Of a stretch of 64,000 nucleotides of DNA, positions 37,443-48,100 are shown one piece after another (within the stretch, counting starts at the first letter, position 1; each line of letters starts with the position of its first letter). The notes beneath the pieces are model-generated. The model saw only the letters and a list, made by a program, of their open reading frames with translations. It made no database searches and had not been told where the DNA came from. The translations under genes were made by a program, and so were the position numbers. Source of the stretch: an uncultured virus (IMG/VR IMGVR_UViG_3300049846_001482) (taxonomy: Duplodnaviria > Heunggongvirae > Uroviricota > Caudoviricetes); IMG/VR virus record IMGVR_UViG_3300049846_001482; one strand, written 5' to 3'.

Positions 37443-38216
37443 CTATTTTCCCCAATGCCGGTTATAGAGTTCAACCTGCAACTTGCTTATGCCGTCAAGA
37501 TCAGGTGAGTGCGGCAACTTGCTCTCTATGTAAGCCTTCTCTATCAGCGGCTCGTAGAAAGCGCATCGCTCCTGAAACTTCTCGTATGGAACAAGTCCCT
37601 GCTTTATATCCAGCAACTCCTGGTTGTTGTAAAGCGGAAACTCTATCTCGCCTCTTACCAGAAGGTCGTAAGACTCAGTGTAGAGCCTCAGCGCATGGGA
37701 GAGCAGTTTGGGATCGAAGCCAAACTTCTCTATCAAGTCCTTGCGGCCGGTCTGATTCCCCGACTTCACCTTATTTCTCTCCAATTGAGAGTAGGCATAG
37801 CCAGCAAAGGAATGCTTGAGCTTCTTGGATATGAAGAGGTGACGATTGGCTATTACTTTGTCAAAGGCTTCCGTCTTATATAGCGTGTTGCCAGGATTGA
37901 CAAACAGTAGCTCAAGTTGGTTGGGGTTGTTGCCAGCCAGAAGACCAAACCACTTATCGAGACCGTAGAACGTACAGTCGAGATCGCCCTTCTGGTTTCG
38001 CTTACCAGAACTGGATGGGTTAGATTTGAACTCCACGAACTCGCAGCGTTTACGTCCAACACGATACTCCTCAGGCTCTATGTAAACGCCAAGGAAGTCC
38101 TCGTCACTGTTGGGGCTGTTGGTGCCATAAAGTTGAGATCCCACACGCAAGAAGGCTATGCAGTTTTCAACTACAAGTTTCTTCTCTGGCGTAGATAGTT
38201 CAAGTTTGTCTAGCAT
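37443..38216 (-). CDS. Pol-beta superfamily nucleotidyltransferase (YcgL/RlaP-like, RNA-repair associated)
   Basis: GSQLYGT..SDEDFLG, NPN.LELL, F.GYA.SQ, K...HALRL, LLDIK.G. Confidence 0.85.
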   Translation of the reverse strand: MLDKLELSTPEKKLVVENCIAFLRVGSQLYGTNSPNSDEDFLGVYIEPEEYRVGRKRCEFVEFKSNPSSSGKRNQKGDLDCTFYGLDKWFGLLAGNNPNQLELLFVNPGNTLYKTEAFDKVIANRHLFISKKLKHSFAGYAYSQLERNKVKSGNQTGRKDLIEKFGFDPKLLSHALRLYTESYDLLVRGEIEFPLYNNQELLDIKQGLVPYEKFQERCAFYEPLIEKAYIESKLPHSPDLDGISKLQVELYNRHWGK

Positions 38217-38223
38217 GTTGTCC

Positions 38224-39021
38224 TCAAAATGGTTCGTCTTTTTTGGTCTCAACGTTGGTTTCAGTGGGCGGCTCAAAGACGTTGCCGAACATGAACTCAC
38301 GTATTAATCCTGATTCTTTACCCTTCAAGTAGTTCACGGAACTCTTAACAGCCTGCGCAATGTTGTGATCTTTGTATTGAAGCGTTCTTATAGCTGTCAT
38401 CATTTCAATGACCATTCCTGGAGAGACCCTGTAACCTTTTTCAACATACTTGATGATGCGGAAAAACAACATCACAGGGTTCTTTATCGTTCCATAAACT
38501 GTAAGTGTCTTGTAAGTTTCGTCCACCAGAAAGTTTTTGTGAGATATGGCCTCAGTGGATGAAATAATTGCACACTTGCAAACATTGAAATCGAAAGAAT
38601 CTAAGATGTCAACCACTTTTTTCGGGTTGTTTGTAAAAATCTCTGGGTTGACTAGTTGTATTTTTTTAATGTCCCCCACGGTTTGGTCTTTCTTCTTCAA
38701 TGTGATGGAAAATTGACTTACTCTGTCTTGAGCAAACTTACCATTAATTATGAGTTCATCTCTCAACCGATCCATGTCTTCGGTTTTGAATGTGTAAATG
38801 TCAACATCTTCGGCATCGGCCACTACTGGAGCGGGTGAAGCACATCTACGAGCATAACCACCGCAGATGAAGCCGTTATGTTTTTGTGCTAACTCAAATA
38901 TTTCTTTGATTTCGGTGAAGCCACGCAAAAGTGGAATATGACAATAATTATTTGCTGTCCTTATGTCTGCATAATCTCGTGTGCTTCTTAGTAGACCGGC
39001 AAAGATATGTCTCTTGCTCAT
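38224..39021 (-). CDS. class II tRNA nucleotidyltransferase/poly(A) polymerase head-domain-like protein
   Basis: FICGGYAR..DVDIY..IQLV..FDFNVC..RIIKYVEKGY. Confidence 0.65.
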   Translation of the reverse strand: MSKRHIFAGLLRSTRDYADIRTANNYCHIPLLRGFTEIKEIFELAQKHNGFICGGYARRCASPAPVVADAEDVDIYTFKTEDMDRLRDELIINGKFAQDRVSQFSITLKKKDQTVGDIKKIQLVNPEIFTNNPKKVVDILDSFDFNVCKCAIISSTEAISHKNFLVDETYKTLTVYGTIKNPVMLFFRIIKYVEKGYRVSPGMVIEMMTAIRTLQYKDHNIAQAVKSSVNYLKGKESGLIREFMFGNVFEPPTETNVETKKDEPF

Positions 39022-39409
39022 GAGGACTCCTACAAGGTTTGAGCCATTGTAGGAGTGAGAGGATGTTATGTCAAGAAAAACCTGGCGATGTTCAAGACTT
39101 CTTGCTTCTTTTCGTAGTCTGAATCTTTCAACTGACGCAACCAAGCCTTGCAATCGGCCACGTCTTTAAATATCACAAATTCCTGATCGAATGTATTACT
39201 ATTCACGAAAGTATCATAAGTCCATTTGCCGTAGCAATACCTGTTTTCTATCAATCCAAAAAAGAATACTTTCCCAGATTCACCAACAGAGGAGTCTTCC
39301 CATAGAATGCTGGCATCAGCGAGTTGACTATCTAGTTTCTCTGCCCCTCTACACTGCCGAGAAGCCGTTTCTAGCCACGATGACATGGTTGTACCTACAG
39401 AGAGGCGGG

Positions 39410-40126
39410 TTAGGGCTTTGAGGGCTTTAAAACGCCATCTGGACCATATTTGTCCCACTTGATGACCTTGTTCTTGCGGTAGACCGCTTTGACCTCAATA
39501 GAGCCGTCAGGATAGTATAGTGTAAATTCTCCGTGGCGCAAGCCATCTTTGTAAAAAGTCTTTGCTCGTAGTTTGCCGCTGTTGTATTCGGCACATTCAC
39601 CGTGCAGCAAGCCGTTTTTGTAACTGAGTTTTTGAACGGGGATGTGATCGATGGACTTCTTGCCTACACACACAGATTTTTCTACTTCCCAAATTCCTTG
39701 CTTTTTGTTTTTGAGGTAAATGCCTTTTTCAGAGATTCCACTTGTTGTATTTGCGCTGAACCACGGTCCTGTTAGTTTACCTTTGACATAGTAGCAGTCG
39801 ATGATAGATTTTGAATCGACGTAAATTTTCCTTCCGTGAAGTTTGTCGTCAAGGTATTCGCAGGTGATATGGGAGTCTATGCCAAAACTTTTACATTCGC
39901 CACTTCTCTTGCCATTCACATATTCTATGGATTTTGCCAGTTCGCCATTTTGATGAAAATACTTCTGTGTGCCGTCAAGTTTGCCGAGGTGGTAGTTGAG
40001 ATCAGTCTTAGGTCGCCCATTGAGATAGAAAGACTGCAGGTTCCCGTGAATCTTACCCTTCAAGACCCAGTATTGTTTCTTGATGTTGTCGTTTTTATAC
40101 CACTCTCTAAAGACTTCTGCACTCAT
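39410..40126 (-). CDS. MORN-variant/YwqK-like repeat protein
   Basis: Repeated HG...YY.NG....Y.NG..HG units. Confidence 0.8.
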   Translation of the reverse strand: MSAEVFREWYKNDNIKKQYWVLKGKIHGNLQSFYLNGRPKTDLNYHLGKLDGTQKYFHQNGELAKSIEYVNGKRSGECKSFGIDSHITCEYLDDKLHGRKIYVDSKSIIDCYYVKGKLTGPWFSANTTSGISEKGIYLKNKKQGIWEVEKSVCVGKKSIDHIPVQKLSYKNGLLHGECAEYNSGKLRAKTFYKDGLRHGEFTLYYPDGSIEVKAVYRKNKVIKWDKYGPDGVLKPSKP

Positions 40127-40303
40127 GACCCATAGGGATACTTTTTTCGCAAGAAAACATCTAGGTAGGATTTCGGATAGTCATAAAGCAAGCCGTCCTG
40201 AACTCCCTTCAAGCGATAAAGATTCTGCTCCGGTATAATTTTGATCAATACTAAATCCTGAGACGGGACTTCGCCTGCCTCATGGATGTTTTGGTAGAAC
40301 ACG

Positions 40304-40942
40304 TCATGTATTTTGTACTGTTGGCTCATGGATTAGCTTGGCAAAAATCAGAGTGCCAGTGTCTTGGCTCAAAACTTGGCGGACCTCAACCTTGACTCTT
40401 TTTCCTATTAGGTCTTCGGCTTTATCAACGACAACCATTGTTCCTTCATAGTCGCCTCGACCTTGACCTGGATCTTTGCCTTTCTCCTTTATTCTAACAA
40501 AAATTTCGTCACCGATCATGAATTTAGGACGAATCGAGAGATAAAGTTCGTGAATATTTAGCACCGGCACCCCATGAACTTTGGCCACACCATTCAGGTT
40601 ATGGTCTAGAGTCAATAGTTTGCCGCCGAGATGCTTGCAAAGTATAACTAGTTTTATGTCAGTGCTTTTGGATTCTTGGACTTCTTTGATGTTGCCGTTC
40701 CAAGTATCAACCTTCGTCAACTCACTGATCTTGTTGGCAACATCCAAACCCTTGCGACCTTTCTGCCTCTTGTTATGGTCTTTAGAGTCGGCTAGTTGCT
40801 GCATTTCCTCTAGGATAAATAGAGGAATAACAATATCGCCTTCCAAAAAGCCAGTCTTCAAAAGATCATGGATTCTACCGTCTATTAAGACGCTCGAATC
40901 GAGAACTTTGTTTGACTTTTTTTTAGCGAATAGTTCTAACAT
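40304..40942 (-). CDS. PIN + TRAM domain protein (YacL-like, without N-terminal TM segment)
   Basis: LDSSVLIDGRI, EEMQQLADS, RKGLD, TLDHNL; GKDPGQG..GTMVVV..IFAK. Confidence 0.88.
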   Translation of the reverse strand: MLELFAKKKSNKVLDSSVLIDGRIHDLLKTGFLEGDIVIPLFILEEMQQLADSKDHNKRQKGRKGLDVANKISELTKVDTWNGNIKEVQESKSTDIKLVILCKHLGGKLLTLDHNLNGVAKVHGVPVLNIHELYLSIRPKFMIGDEIFVRIKEKGKDPGQGRGDYEGTMVVVDKAEDLIGKRVKVEVRQVLSQDTGTLIFAKLIHEPTVQNT

Positions 40943-41997
40943 TGCCTTTTGTGAAATCCTTTAGACGAGGGACGCAATCTTGATGGATGACCGTATTGTT
41001 CTTTTGAATCAAGATGCTCTCACCAACCTTGAGTCGCTTGGTGCATACCAAACACCGTTGCTTTATGTGCATTGCAACTTTCATCAGTGAACTCTGGTGT
41101 CCTGAGAAGACCTTTTTTCTCGCTTGATGATCTCAAGCCTTATGTTCCAAGCCTGATCCGAGAGTTTCTTTTCCAGTTTTTCAAGTTGCCTTATCGTCAT
41201 CTTCTTCAATTCTGACTTTTTCATGATCAGTCAACCGAGTTGGTGATTTGGCGGTAGGCTTCGAGCGGTATGAAACGAGAGTAATAGTTGGACATGTCAG
41301 CCAACGTCTCTTCGTAATGCTTCTCCCTAACCTTGTCAGCTAGAACGTCTGGCTTAATGCCCAAAGCAAGGATAGTGTGTTCAATATCCTTGAGTCTCAC
41401 CTTGATGTTGACGATACGCCTTAGTTTGGTAGCACACTTACTAGCCCACCACTTGTCTATTTTACCTGTAGAGTCGTAGAAGGCATAGTCAGGTTGCTGT
41501 TTGTCTTTAAGGTATTCTTCGTAAATCTTGTTGAATCTGTCGTTGACTGTATTGGCACTGGAAACAGCCGACTTCATTTGCTTGAGATCGTATGCCCTAA
41601 TGAGATCATCGCTAAAGCCAACTCTGTAATCCACAAAGTTGGCCTGAGACACCCTATAGGCATTGATGAAGAAGACGTTTGCTACCAACGAAGCTACTAA
41701 CAGGAAATTAGCGATAGATCTGTAACGGTAGTGAACTATGGTCTTTAGCCATAGAAAGAAAAGGTGTCTAAGACTTCGGTATTGTCTTGGACTTAGATAC
41801 TCTTCTCGATGCTTTTTTCCCTTTGAAGAATTTTGCCAATTCTTTTTTAAGATCCACATTGACAGCCTCTAAGTTGTTCTTGATTTCCTTCACCCTATTC
41901 TCATATTTGTCGCCAACTGCTGGGTGATTTCCATCTAGGAACTTGACTTCTTTAGCCAATTTCTCTATCGACTCCATTGTTTCAAAGAATTCAGTGC

Positions 41998-42783
41998 TCA
42001 TACCTTGGCTCCTTGGATTTCCAGTCTTTGTCTAATTATGTTGCAGTATTCTTCAGAGATTTCAGACCCAACCCATTGACGTTCAAGTTTCTTAGCCATC
42101 TTTAGGGTTGTTCCAGAGCCAGACATGGGATCATAGACAACATCACCCTTGTTTGTCCAGCTCAAAATGATGTCCTCTGCCAATTTCTCTGGGAAGATGG
42201 CTGGATGCTCATAGGCAATTTTATCCCGTGTAGAGTTGCCATATCCAGTCGAATATCTCCAGATGTTAAATCGACGGCTCACTTTGTTATACTTTATTAC
42301 ACCACGACCCGTGTCTTTTAGAGACCCATCTCTTTGTCTCTGGGTGGCTTTACCTCTCGATTGTTGATACTTTACTTCTCGGTCATTGATGGGATTGAAC
42401 GTCTTGATCTTTCCCTTGCTGAACAAGAAGATGTGTTCCCAGACATTGTAGTATCTTGTCTTGTCGGGGAAGCTAAAACTGCTCTTTTCGTAAATGAGCT
42501 GGTCATAGAGATTGAAGCCACACTGTTCTGTGAAGTAGATAGCTTGTTTGAGCGGATCCAAAAGCCTTGAGCCATTTTTTGTCTCGTAGCCAATGACCCA
42601 AGCAACCACTCCACCAGGCTTTGTTACCTTGTAGAGTGACTTGGCAATTTCCTCAAATGGAAACGAGTAGCCATTGTAGGTTCTTAGGTCGCCATAGGGT
42701 GGACTGGTAACTGTTAGATCTACACTGTTCTCGCCCAACCTATTCATTGTGTCGATGCAGCTTTCATTGAAGATTTGGTTCAT
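41998..42783 (-). CDS. N4-C/N6-A DNA methyltransferase
   Basis: VTSPPY, HPAIFP, DPMSGSGTT. Confidence 0.92.
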   Translation of the reverse strand: MNQIFNESCIDTMNRLGENSVDLTVTSPPYGDLRTYNGYSFPFEEIAKSLYKVTKPGGVVAWVIGYETKNGSRLLDPLKQAIYFTEQCGFNLYDQLIYEKSSFSFPDKTRYYNVWEHIFLFSKGKIKTFNPINDREVKYQQSRGKATQRQRDGSLKDTGRGVIKYNKVSRRFNIWRYSTGYGNSTRDKIAYEHPAIFPEKLAEDIILSWTNKGDVVYDPMSGSGTTLKMAKKLERQWVGSEISEEYCNIIRQRLEIQGAKV

Positions 42784-43097
42784 TTGTATTTCACCAGGAA
42801 GAAGCCAGCAACTATCATTGCAAATCCCAACCACTGCACTAGACCCATTGTAGCCATTCGCTGGGTGAAATAGGCAGTTGCGAGACCATAAGCAGTGAAC
42901 ATCACGACATCATAGAGCATTCCATCGAACATTAGGTCTTTGGACCACCTGCTCGTAATCAACCACAAAGGTAATGCTCCCACAATCCAAGCAATCCAAA
43001 ACCAATGTCCACCATAGGTTTTGTTTTGAATGATGAGCCATGCATAGAGCGTATAGACCGCAGACGCAAGCGGTATCCATATCATGTAGTAGATCAT
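42780..43097 (-). CDS. small 4-TM membrane protein (SMR/DMT-like)
   Basis: Four hydrophobic segments in 105 aa. Confidence 0.6.
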   Translation of the reverse strand: MIYYMIWIPLASAVYTLYAWLIIQNKTYGGHWFWIAWIVGALPLWLITSRWSKDLMFDGMLYDVVMFTAYGLATAYFTQRMATMGLVQWLGFAMIVAGFFLVKYK

Positions 43098-43993
43098 ACT
43101 GCCACTTTTGCCTTTGCCTTCTTGGCTGGTTTTTCAAAAGGCAGCTCTGGCTGCTTTGGGTTGTCTCGTTCTTCGATGAACTCAGCAATTCTTTCGTTGG
43201 CAACCTTGCAATAACCTTCGTCTCTGTCGATGGAGATATAGTTCCTACCGGTCATCATGGAGGCTATGGCAGTAGTGCCAGATCCGCCAAATGGGTCAAG
43301 GATGATGTCGTCTTTGAAGCTGCCAAGCAAGATGCATCTCTTTGGCAGTTCAACAGGGAAGGCTGCAGGATGCTTGCTCTGCTTTCTCTTGATGGGATTC
43401 ATTTCCCATATCTGCATGCCATAGGTCTTGAACTGGTCCATTGAGAGGGCAGACTCCTTCCTCCTGTCGTCATTGAGGTCTTTCCTCTGCCCTGGCTTCT
43501 TGAACCAAAGGATGTATTCGCATTCTTGAACAATGGGAACGGAGCCTGGAGAGCCAAAGCGGCCGAAACTGCCCATCATCAACCCAGCTCCACCCGAAGA
43601 ATGCTTGCCTCTGACCTTTCTCCAGAGGATCATCTCTTTGTAGTCGAACTTCTTGACGAGTTCCATGATGAGAGCAGAGTGGGTTGGCAAAACCACATTC
43701 TTCTTTAACTGACTCTTGATGGATGAGTGGGTATCATCAATGTTGATCCATAGATGACCACCAGGCACCAGCAGTCGGTAAGCCTCTTCAAAAACTGGAA
43801 ACAAGACCTCATTGAGATACCTGTTCCAATTTACCATCATATCACCCTCGTTCTTCTTGATGTCCTCATACTCCATATCTGCAAAATAGGGAGGAGAAGT
43901 AACGATGAGATGAACACTCTCTGATGGAATGTCCCTCATGACCTCAACGTTGTTACCGTGGGTGATCTTATTTATATATTTGTCTATGCTCAT
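43094..43993 (-). CDS. N4-C/N6-A DNA methyltransferase
   Basis: VTSPPY, HPAAFP, DPFGGSGTT. Confidence 0.92.
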   Translation of the reverse strand: MSIDKYINKITHGNNVEVMRDIPSESVHLIVTSPPYFADMEYEDIKKNEGDMMVNWNRYLNEVLFPVFEEAYRLLVPGGHLWINIDDTHSSIKSQLKKNVVLPTHSALIMELVKKFDYKEMILWRKVRGKHSSGGAGLMMGSFGRFGSPGSVPIVQECEYILWFKKPGQRKDLNDDRRKESALSMDQFKTYGMQIWEMNPIKRKQSKHPAAFPVELPKRCILLGSFKDDIILDPFGGSGTTAIASMMTGRNYISIDRDEGYCKVANERIAEFIEERDNPKQPELPFEKPAKKAKAKVAV

Positions 43994-44696
43994 TTTTCAT
44001 CGCTTCCAGAATGGTGAGTAAGTCGGGTCTCTCTATGGTTATGCCATGCTCCCACTCTTCTTCTAGTATCGTTAAGTCTTTGCCGTAGAAGACAATAGTC
44101 GATAGAAGATTCATGTTGGCATCTAAAGTGTCGTATTCTGACTCTTTTGTGGTGTAATTCATGGCCACAAAGTTCTCAGACGGCTCATAGAACAAGAAGA
44201 AGTAGATGGCGTTGCATCCAGTTGTGTCGTGGGTGATGTTCCATCTCTTTCTATGAGAAGTACTCTTGATCGAGTAGTTCTCAGGAATTGGCTTGATGTA
44301 GTACTTCGGATTTTTCCCTCTGAATCTGACAAAGTTGAATACAGCAGCGTTCTTTCTGATAATAGGCAACTTGTCTGGATCTGTGGGACCGAAAACCCAT
44401 CTTCCCATCGGAGAAACGATGAAGTTCATAGATACTTCATCTTTGCCGTAGGGCTGAAGAACAATGCTCTTATCTCTTTGCATGCTCTTTCTCGAAGATC
44501 TTTAGGTTGCTTTCGTAGTAGTTGTCAAACTGCAACCTGCTATGAAAGGTCGTTTTCTCTCTGGGCGCTTTGCTATTTGAGATATCCAGCGTCTTGAATC
44601 GCTTGGCGTAAAGATTGAACCAAGAGTTGAAATCCACCATGCTCTTAAAGTGATAGACTTCCTTTTTGCCATCAGCAAGCAAGAACTTTACGGTAA

Positions 44697-45461
44697 TCAT
44701 GCCACCTTCACCCGCATCTTCTTACGAATCTTCTCAATGGACTTGTTTTGCAGAATGCGGACATACTCGCCGCTCATGTTCATTTTGTCCGCAATCTCAT
44801 TGAGGGTTAGCGTATCGTGATCGTTGAGCCCAAATCTGTAGTTCAGGATGTCCTGCTCTTGCTTCGACAGGAACTTGTTTATAATGTTTTGGGCTCTCTC
44901 AAAATCGATCTTAATGTTCATGTCGTCTTCAAAAGACCCGCTGGCTGCAATGTTGTTGAAGACTGGCGTCTCTTCGACTGAGAACTGGAGAGAAATGTCG
45001 TCTTTCTGGTTGATGGTATCTATGAGTATCTTGGTGGACACATTCAGTGTCTCTGCCATCGATTCAATGTCTGGCATGTCGCCAGCATTGATGATCTCTC
45101 TCTTTAGTTTTTCGTAAGAACGGTAGAGGTTGATGCGATGTTGAGGAAGACCAAGGGTGCCGACAGAGATTGATCCGTTGATGTTCTTTAGGATTCGCCA
45201 GTAGGCATAGGTGCTAAAGTTGTTGTTGCGGGAGAGGTCAAACTTGTCAATGGCATCCATGATTCCAAGAATGCCCTCTGACACGAAATCGTCAAAAGAC
45301 TGGCTCAGGGATATGTTCTTGTATTTGTGAGCCAACGAGAAGATGAGACCGACGTTGCCAAGAACAACCTTGTCTCTAGACTCTAGATTGCCAGTCTTCT
45401 GGTAATCTGCTATGAGGCTAACCGTCTCTTCGTTGCTGATCTTTTTAGCTTTTGGTAGCAT
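44697..45461 (-). CDS. second sigma-70 family factor (SigB/F/G-like size)
   Basis: NVGLIFSLA..EGILGIMDAIDKFD..FSTYAYWRI; YRFGL..TLNEIA..EYVRILQ. Confidence 0.92.
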   Translation of the reverse strand: MLPKAKKISNEETVSLIADYQKTGNLESRDKVVLGNVGLIFSLAHKYKNISLSQSFDDFVSEGILGIMDAIDKFDLSRNNNFSTYAYWRILKNINGSISVGTLGLPQHRINLYRSYEKLKREIINAGDMPDIESMAETLNVSTKILIDTINQKDDISLQFSVEETPVFNNIAASGSFEDDMNIKIDFERAQNIINKFLSKQEQDILNYRFGLNDHDTLTLNEIADKMNMSGEYVRILQNKSIEKIRKKMRVKVA

Positions 45462-45698
45462 GGTTCACCAAGTTAGGATTTTCTTAGTTAGAAGAATGTC
45501 GATAAGGGGGTCATCTAACTTGTCATACTGAGACATCAGGCTCTCGATTGCCTCCATCTTCTTTTTGGATCCCTTCGTCAGATCAATGAAGATGTTACGA
45601 GATACCTTCTCGCTGGACATTGTTACTGTCAGGTCTTTTGTCTTTACGTGGATGTAATTCATGTAGTAAATATAGGAACAAAGCGGTCTATTTCAAAT

Positions 45699-46754
45699 TT
45701 ATTTTTGCTCTTTGTGAAGAGTAATAAATACATCTTCTAGTTTCTGAACGATATCGTGAACGTTGAACCATTCCTTGACTCGTGCAGCGCCCCTATTGCC
45801 CATCTCTTGCTTGAGATCTGGGTTTCTGAGAAGATGTAATACTTTGTTTGCGTAACCCTGCACATCAGATGGATGTAATACAAATCCGTTGTGGTTATCT
45901 GTCACTAGTTCAGCCTGAGCGCTGTCACCACCCGAATGTGTAACTACTGGGAGTTTTGCTGCCATTGATTCAGCAATAGAGATGCCAAAGGATTCGCCGT
46001 AGATGGAGCCATGAGTCATGACAGTAATGCCATTGAGGAAGTCACACAACTCGTTCTCATTGACTGTGTTTGGAAACTCTCTCACCATATCCATGCAACC
46101 AAGTTGTTCAATGGCTTGTCGGTATGGGTCTGGTAGTCCTATTACATGAAACTTTGCCTCTGGCATCTCTCTCTTGATGATGGGCAGGATGTTCACGTTG
46201 ATGGGATGCCACTTGGATGGATCATTTCGGCTATACCGTCCAAAGACTGGAGCCTTGTAGTCTCTATTGAAGTCATAGGCATCGAAAACTTCGGTTTCGA
46301 CTGGATTGTAGAGCGAGACACATTTGGATGGTTCAAAAAGGAATCCTGAACGCTGCTTGTAGATTTCCAATTGTGCATTGCTTACAAAGATGTGTTTCTT
46401 GATGCGTAGACGGTCTACGGTGTTGTCAAAGTGGGCAAAAATATTGTGTTCGACTAGAATAGGAACACCGGCAAAGACATCAATCAAGGCATGGTCTGGA
46501 TCACCCATGCGATGAAAGTGAACAATATCAATATTCTTGGATTTGATCCACTGCATCATCTCCAGCATGTTCTCTGATATCAACATGTCCTGAACCAAGG
46601 GCTTTACCAAGTCTACCCTCGGTCCACCACGCCATCCTGCTGCAAAGACGTTGAACTTGTCTTTGTTCAGATGCTTGAGGAATAGTTGGGCGGTCTTTTC
46701 AGTGCCACCCATAGACCATTGATTGGAGAATTCTAGAACGTTAATTTTGCTCAT
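45699..46754 (-). CDS. GT4 family glycosyltransferase
   Basis: GGTE, YNPV, ESFGISIAESMAA.LPVV, MGNRG. Confidence 0.92.
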   Translation of the reverse strand: MSKINVLEFSNQWSMGGTEKTAQLFLKHLNKDKFNVFAAGWRGGPRVDLVKPLVQDMLISENMLEMMQWIKSKNIDIVHFHRMGDPDHALIDVFAGVPILVEHNIFAHFDNTVDRLRIKKHIFVSNAQLEIYKQRSGFLFEPSKCVSLYNPVETEVFDAYDFNRDYKAPVFGRYSRNDPSKWHPINVNILPIIKREMPEAKFHVIGLPDPYRQAIEQLGCMDMVREFPNTVNENELCDFLNGITVMTHGSIYGESFGISIAESMAAKLPVVTHSGGDSAQAELVTDNHNGFVLHPSDVQGYANKVLHLLRNPDLKQEMGNRGAARVKEWFNVHDIVQKLEDVFITLHKEQK

Positions 46755-47319
46755 AGTTTATGAACACACCAGTTCCAGTAGAATGACCGTCTTTGGTGAT
46801 ATCAACCTTCTGATCAGACTCAATGCCAGCCCATAGACGCTTCATGTTGTCGTTCAGATGAATGTCGTCCAAGATGACCATACAGTTCTTGAGCATCCCC
46901 TGAGCATCAAGGCTCATTAGGGTGTTGGCCTCGTCATCGCCATTGTGAGAGATGTCCAAATAGATGATGTCTGGCTTAACGTCAAACTTCATGGTTCTGC
47001 AATCGCCATGAACAACCTTGATTTTGTCACGCAAACCATCGTGAATGAACTGGTTGGCATTCTGGATGTCGTAGGTGTGAACAAGGGTGTTGGGTTTGCC
47101 GTAGAGATAGGCAACAGCCGAGGCACCTCTGTATGTTCCGATGTCGAAAAACTGAGCGTCTGGATACAGCATAGCCGTGGCTGTAAGCAGTTTGAAGTAG
47201 CTGGGCTCTTCCATGAAGTAACGGCTGTATTCAATGTCAACACTCTTGAGAATGTCATCCCTAAAGTTGTAGGACACATTCTTGGATGCCTTGATGATAG
47301 CGTCGAGGTCAAATTTCAT
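46741..47319 (-). CDS. class I SAM methyltransferase (Methyltransf_24-like)
   Basis: DIGTYRGAS, YDI, IYLDISH, ILDDI. Confidence 0.8.
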   Translation of the reverse strand: MKFDLDAIIKASKNVSYNFRDDILKSVDIEYSRYFMEEPSYFKLLTATAMLYPDAQFFDIGTYRGASAVAYLYGKPNTLVHTYDIQNANQFIHDGLRDKIKVVHGDCRTMKFDVKPDIIYLDISHNGDDEANTLMSLDAQGMLKNCMVILDDIHLNDNMKRLWAGIESDQKVDITKDGHSTGTGVFINYEQN

Positions 47320-48100
47320 TTCTATCTCCCTGTTTTTGCATAGTTTGTTCAATGCTTATCTTTTTGAGACGTGGCCAATGTGGACCGTGTAGTGGATGTA
47401 GGTCTTTGAATGACGTGTAGTTGTCTAGCGTGATCTTGTCCCACAACTCAAGGTAGGCATTGGTGTCGAAGTCCTTTGAGTGACCCCAATTCTCAAGTTT
47501 TTGCTTTAGTTCTTCTCGGCTACGTCCCCAAGAGTAGTGCAGAAGCCTTAGGGGAGTCTGAATAGCCATTTCCTTGGTGTCTCTGCAGGTGGTGTAGGCG
47601 TCCTTGCTCTTGGTGCCGATGAAAATGCGTCCGTCTGTGTCCCCATCAGCATCTATGACGAGACAAACATCACCAAACGACTTGAAGACAGTGATCCAAT
47701 GAGCCTTGATAGCACAGCCATCTAAAACATCTTCGTTGTCAGTCATGAACTCCAAAAAATCCTTGGGGTTCAGCAGTGATTCGTCTGCATCTATCTGGAT
47801 GATCCAGTTGCCATCCTTACACTGCTGCCCAAGGAACCTTCTTTCAGCAGTATCGTTGTCGATGGGTCTATCCAGTTGATGGAAGTTGCCTCTTACCACC
47901 TTGATCTTCTTGTCCTTGTCTTCTTCAAGGAACTTGTTCAGTTCAATTTCGCTGAAATCAAACTTGTTCTTAGACCAAGTGATGTATTCGCTGTCAATTC
48001 CAAGGATGATCTCGTCAGCAAGGTCGTAGTAACTACGAATAGCATTGAAAGCATACTTATAGTCGTAGGAAAGCAATGTAACGAAACTTAGATTGCTCAC
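47309..48100 (-). CDS. GT-A fold glycosyltransferase-like protein
   Basis: WIIQIDADE, HYSW.R..KLENWGH. Confidence 0.7.
   Translation of the reverse strand: MSNLSFVTLLSYDYKYAFNAIRSYYDLADEIILGIDSEYITWSKNKFDFSEIELNKFLEEDKDKKIKVVRGNFHQLDRPIDNDTAERRFLGQQCKDGNWIIQIDADESLLNPKDFLEFMTDNEDVLDGCAIKAHWITVFKSFGDVCLVIDADGDTDGRIFIGTKSKDAYTTCRDTKEMAIQTPLRLLHYSWGRSREELKQKLENWGHSKDFDTNAYLELWDKITLDNYTSFKDLHPLHGPHWPRLKKISIEQTMQKQGDRNEI

Noticed and set aside
1370..43993. Classical type II R-M systems around the three MTases
   Set aside because: No adjacent restriction endonuclease recognised; orphan MTases are common in large phages.
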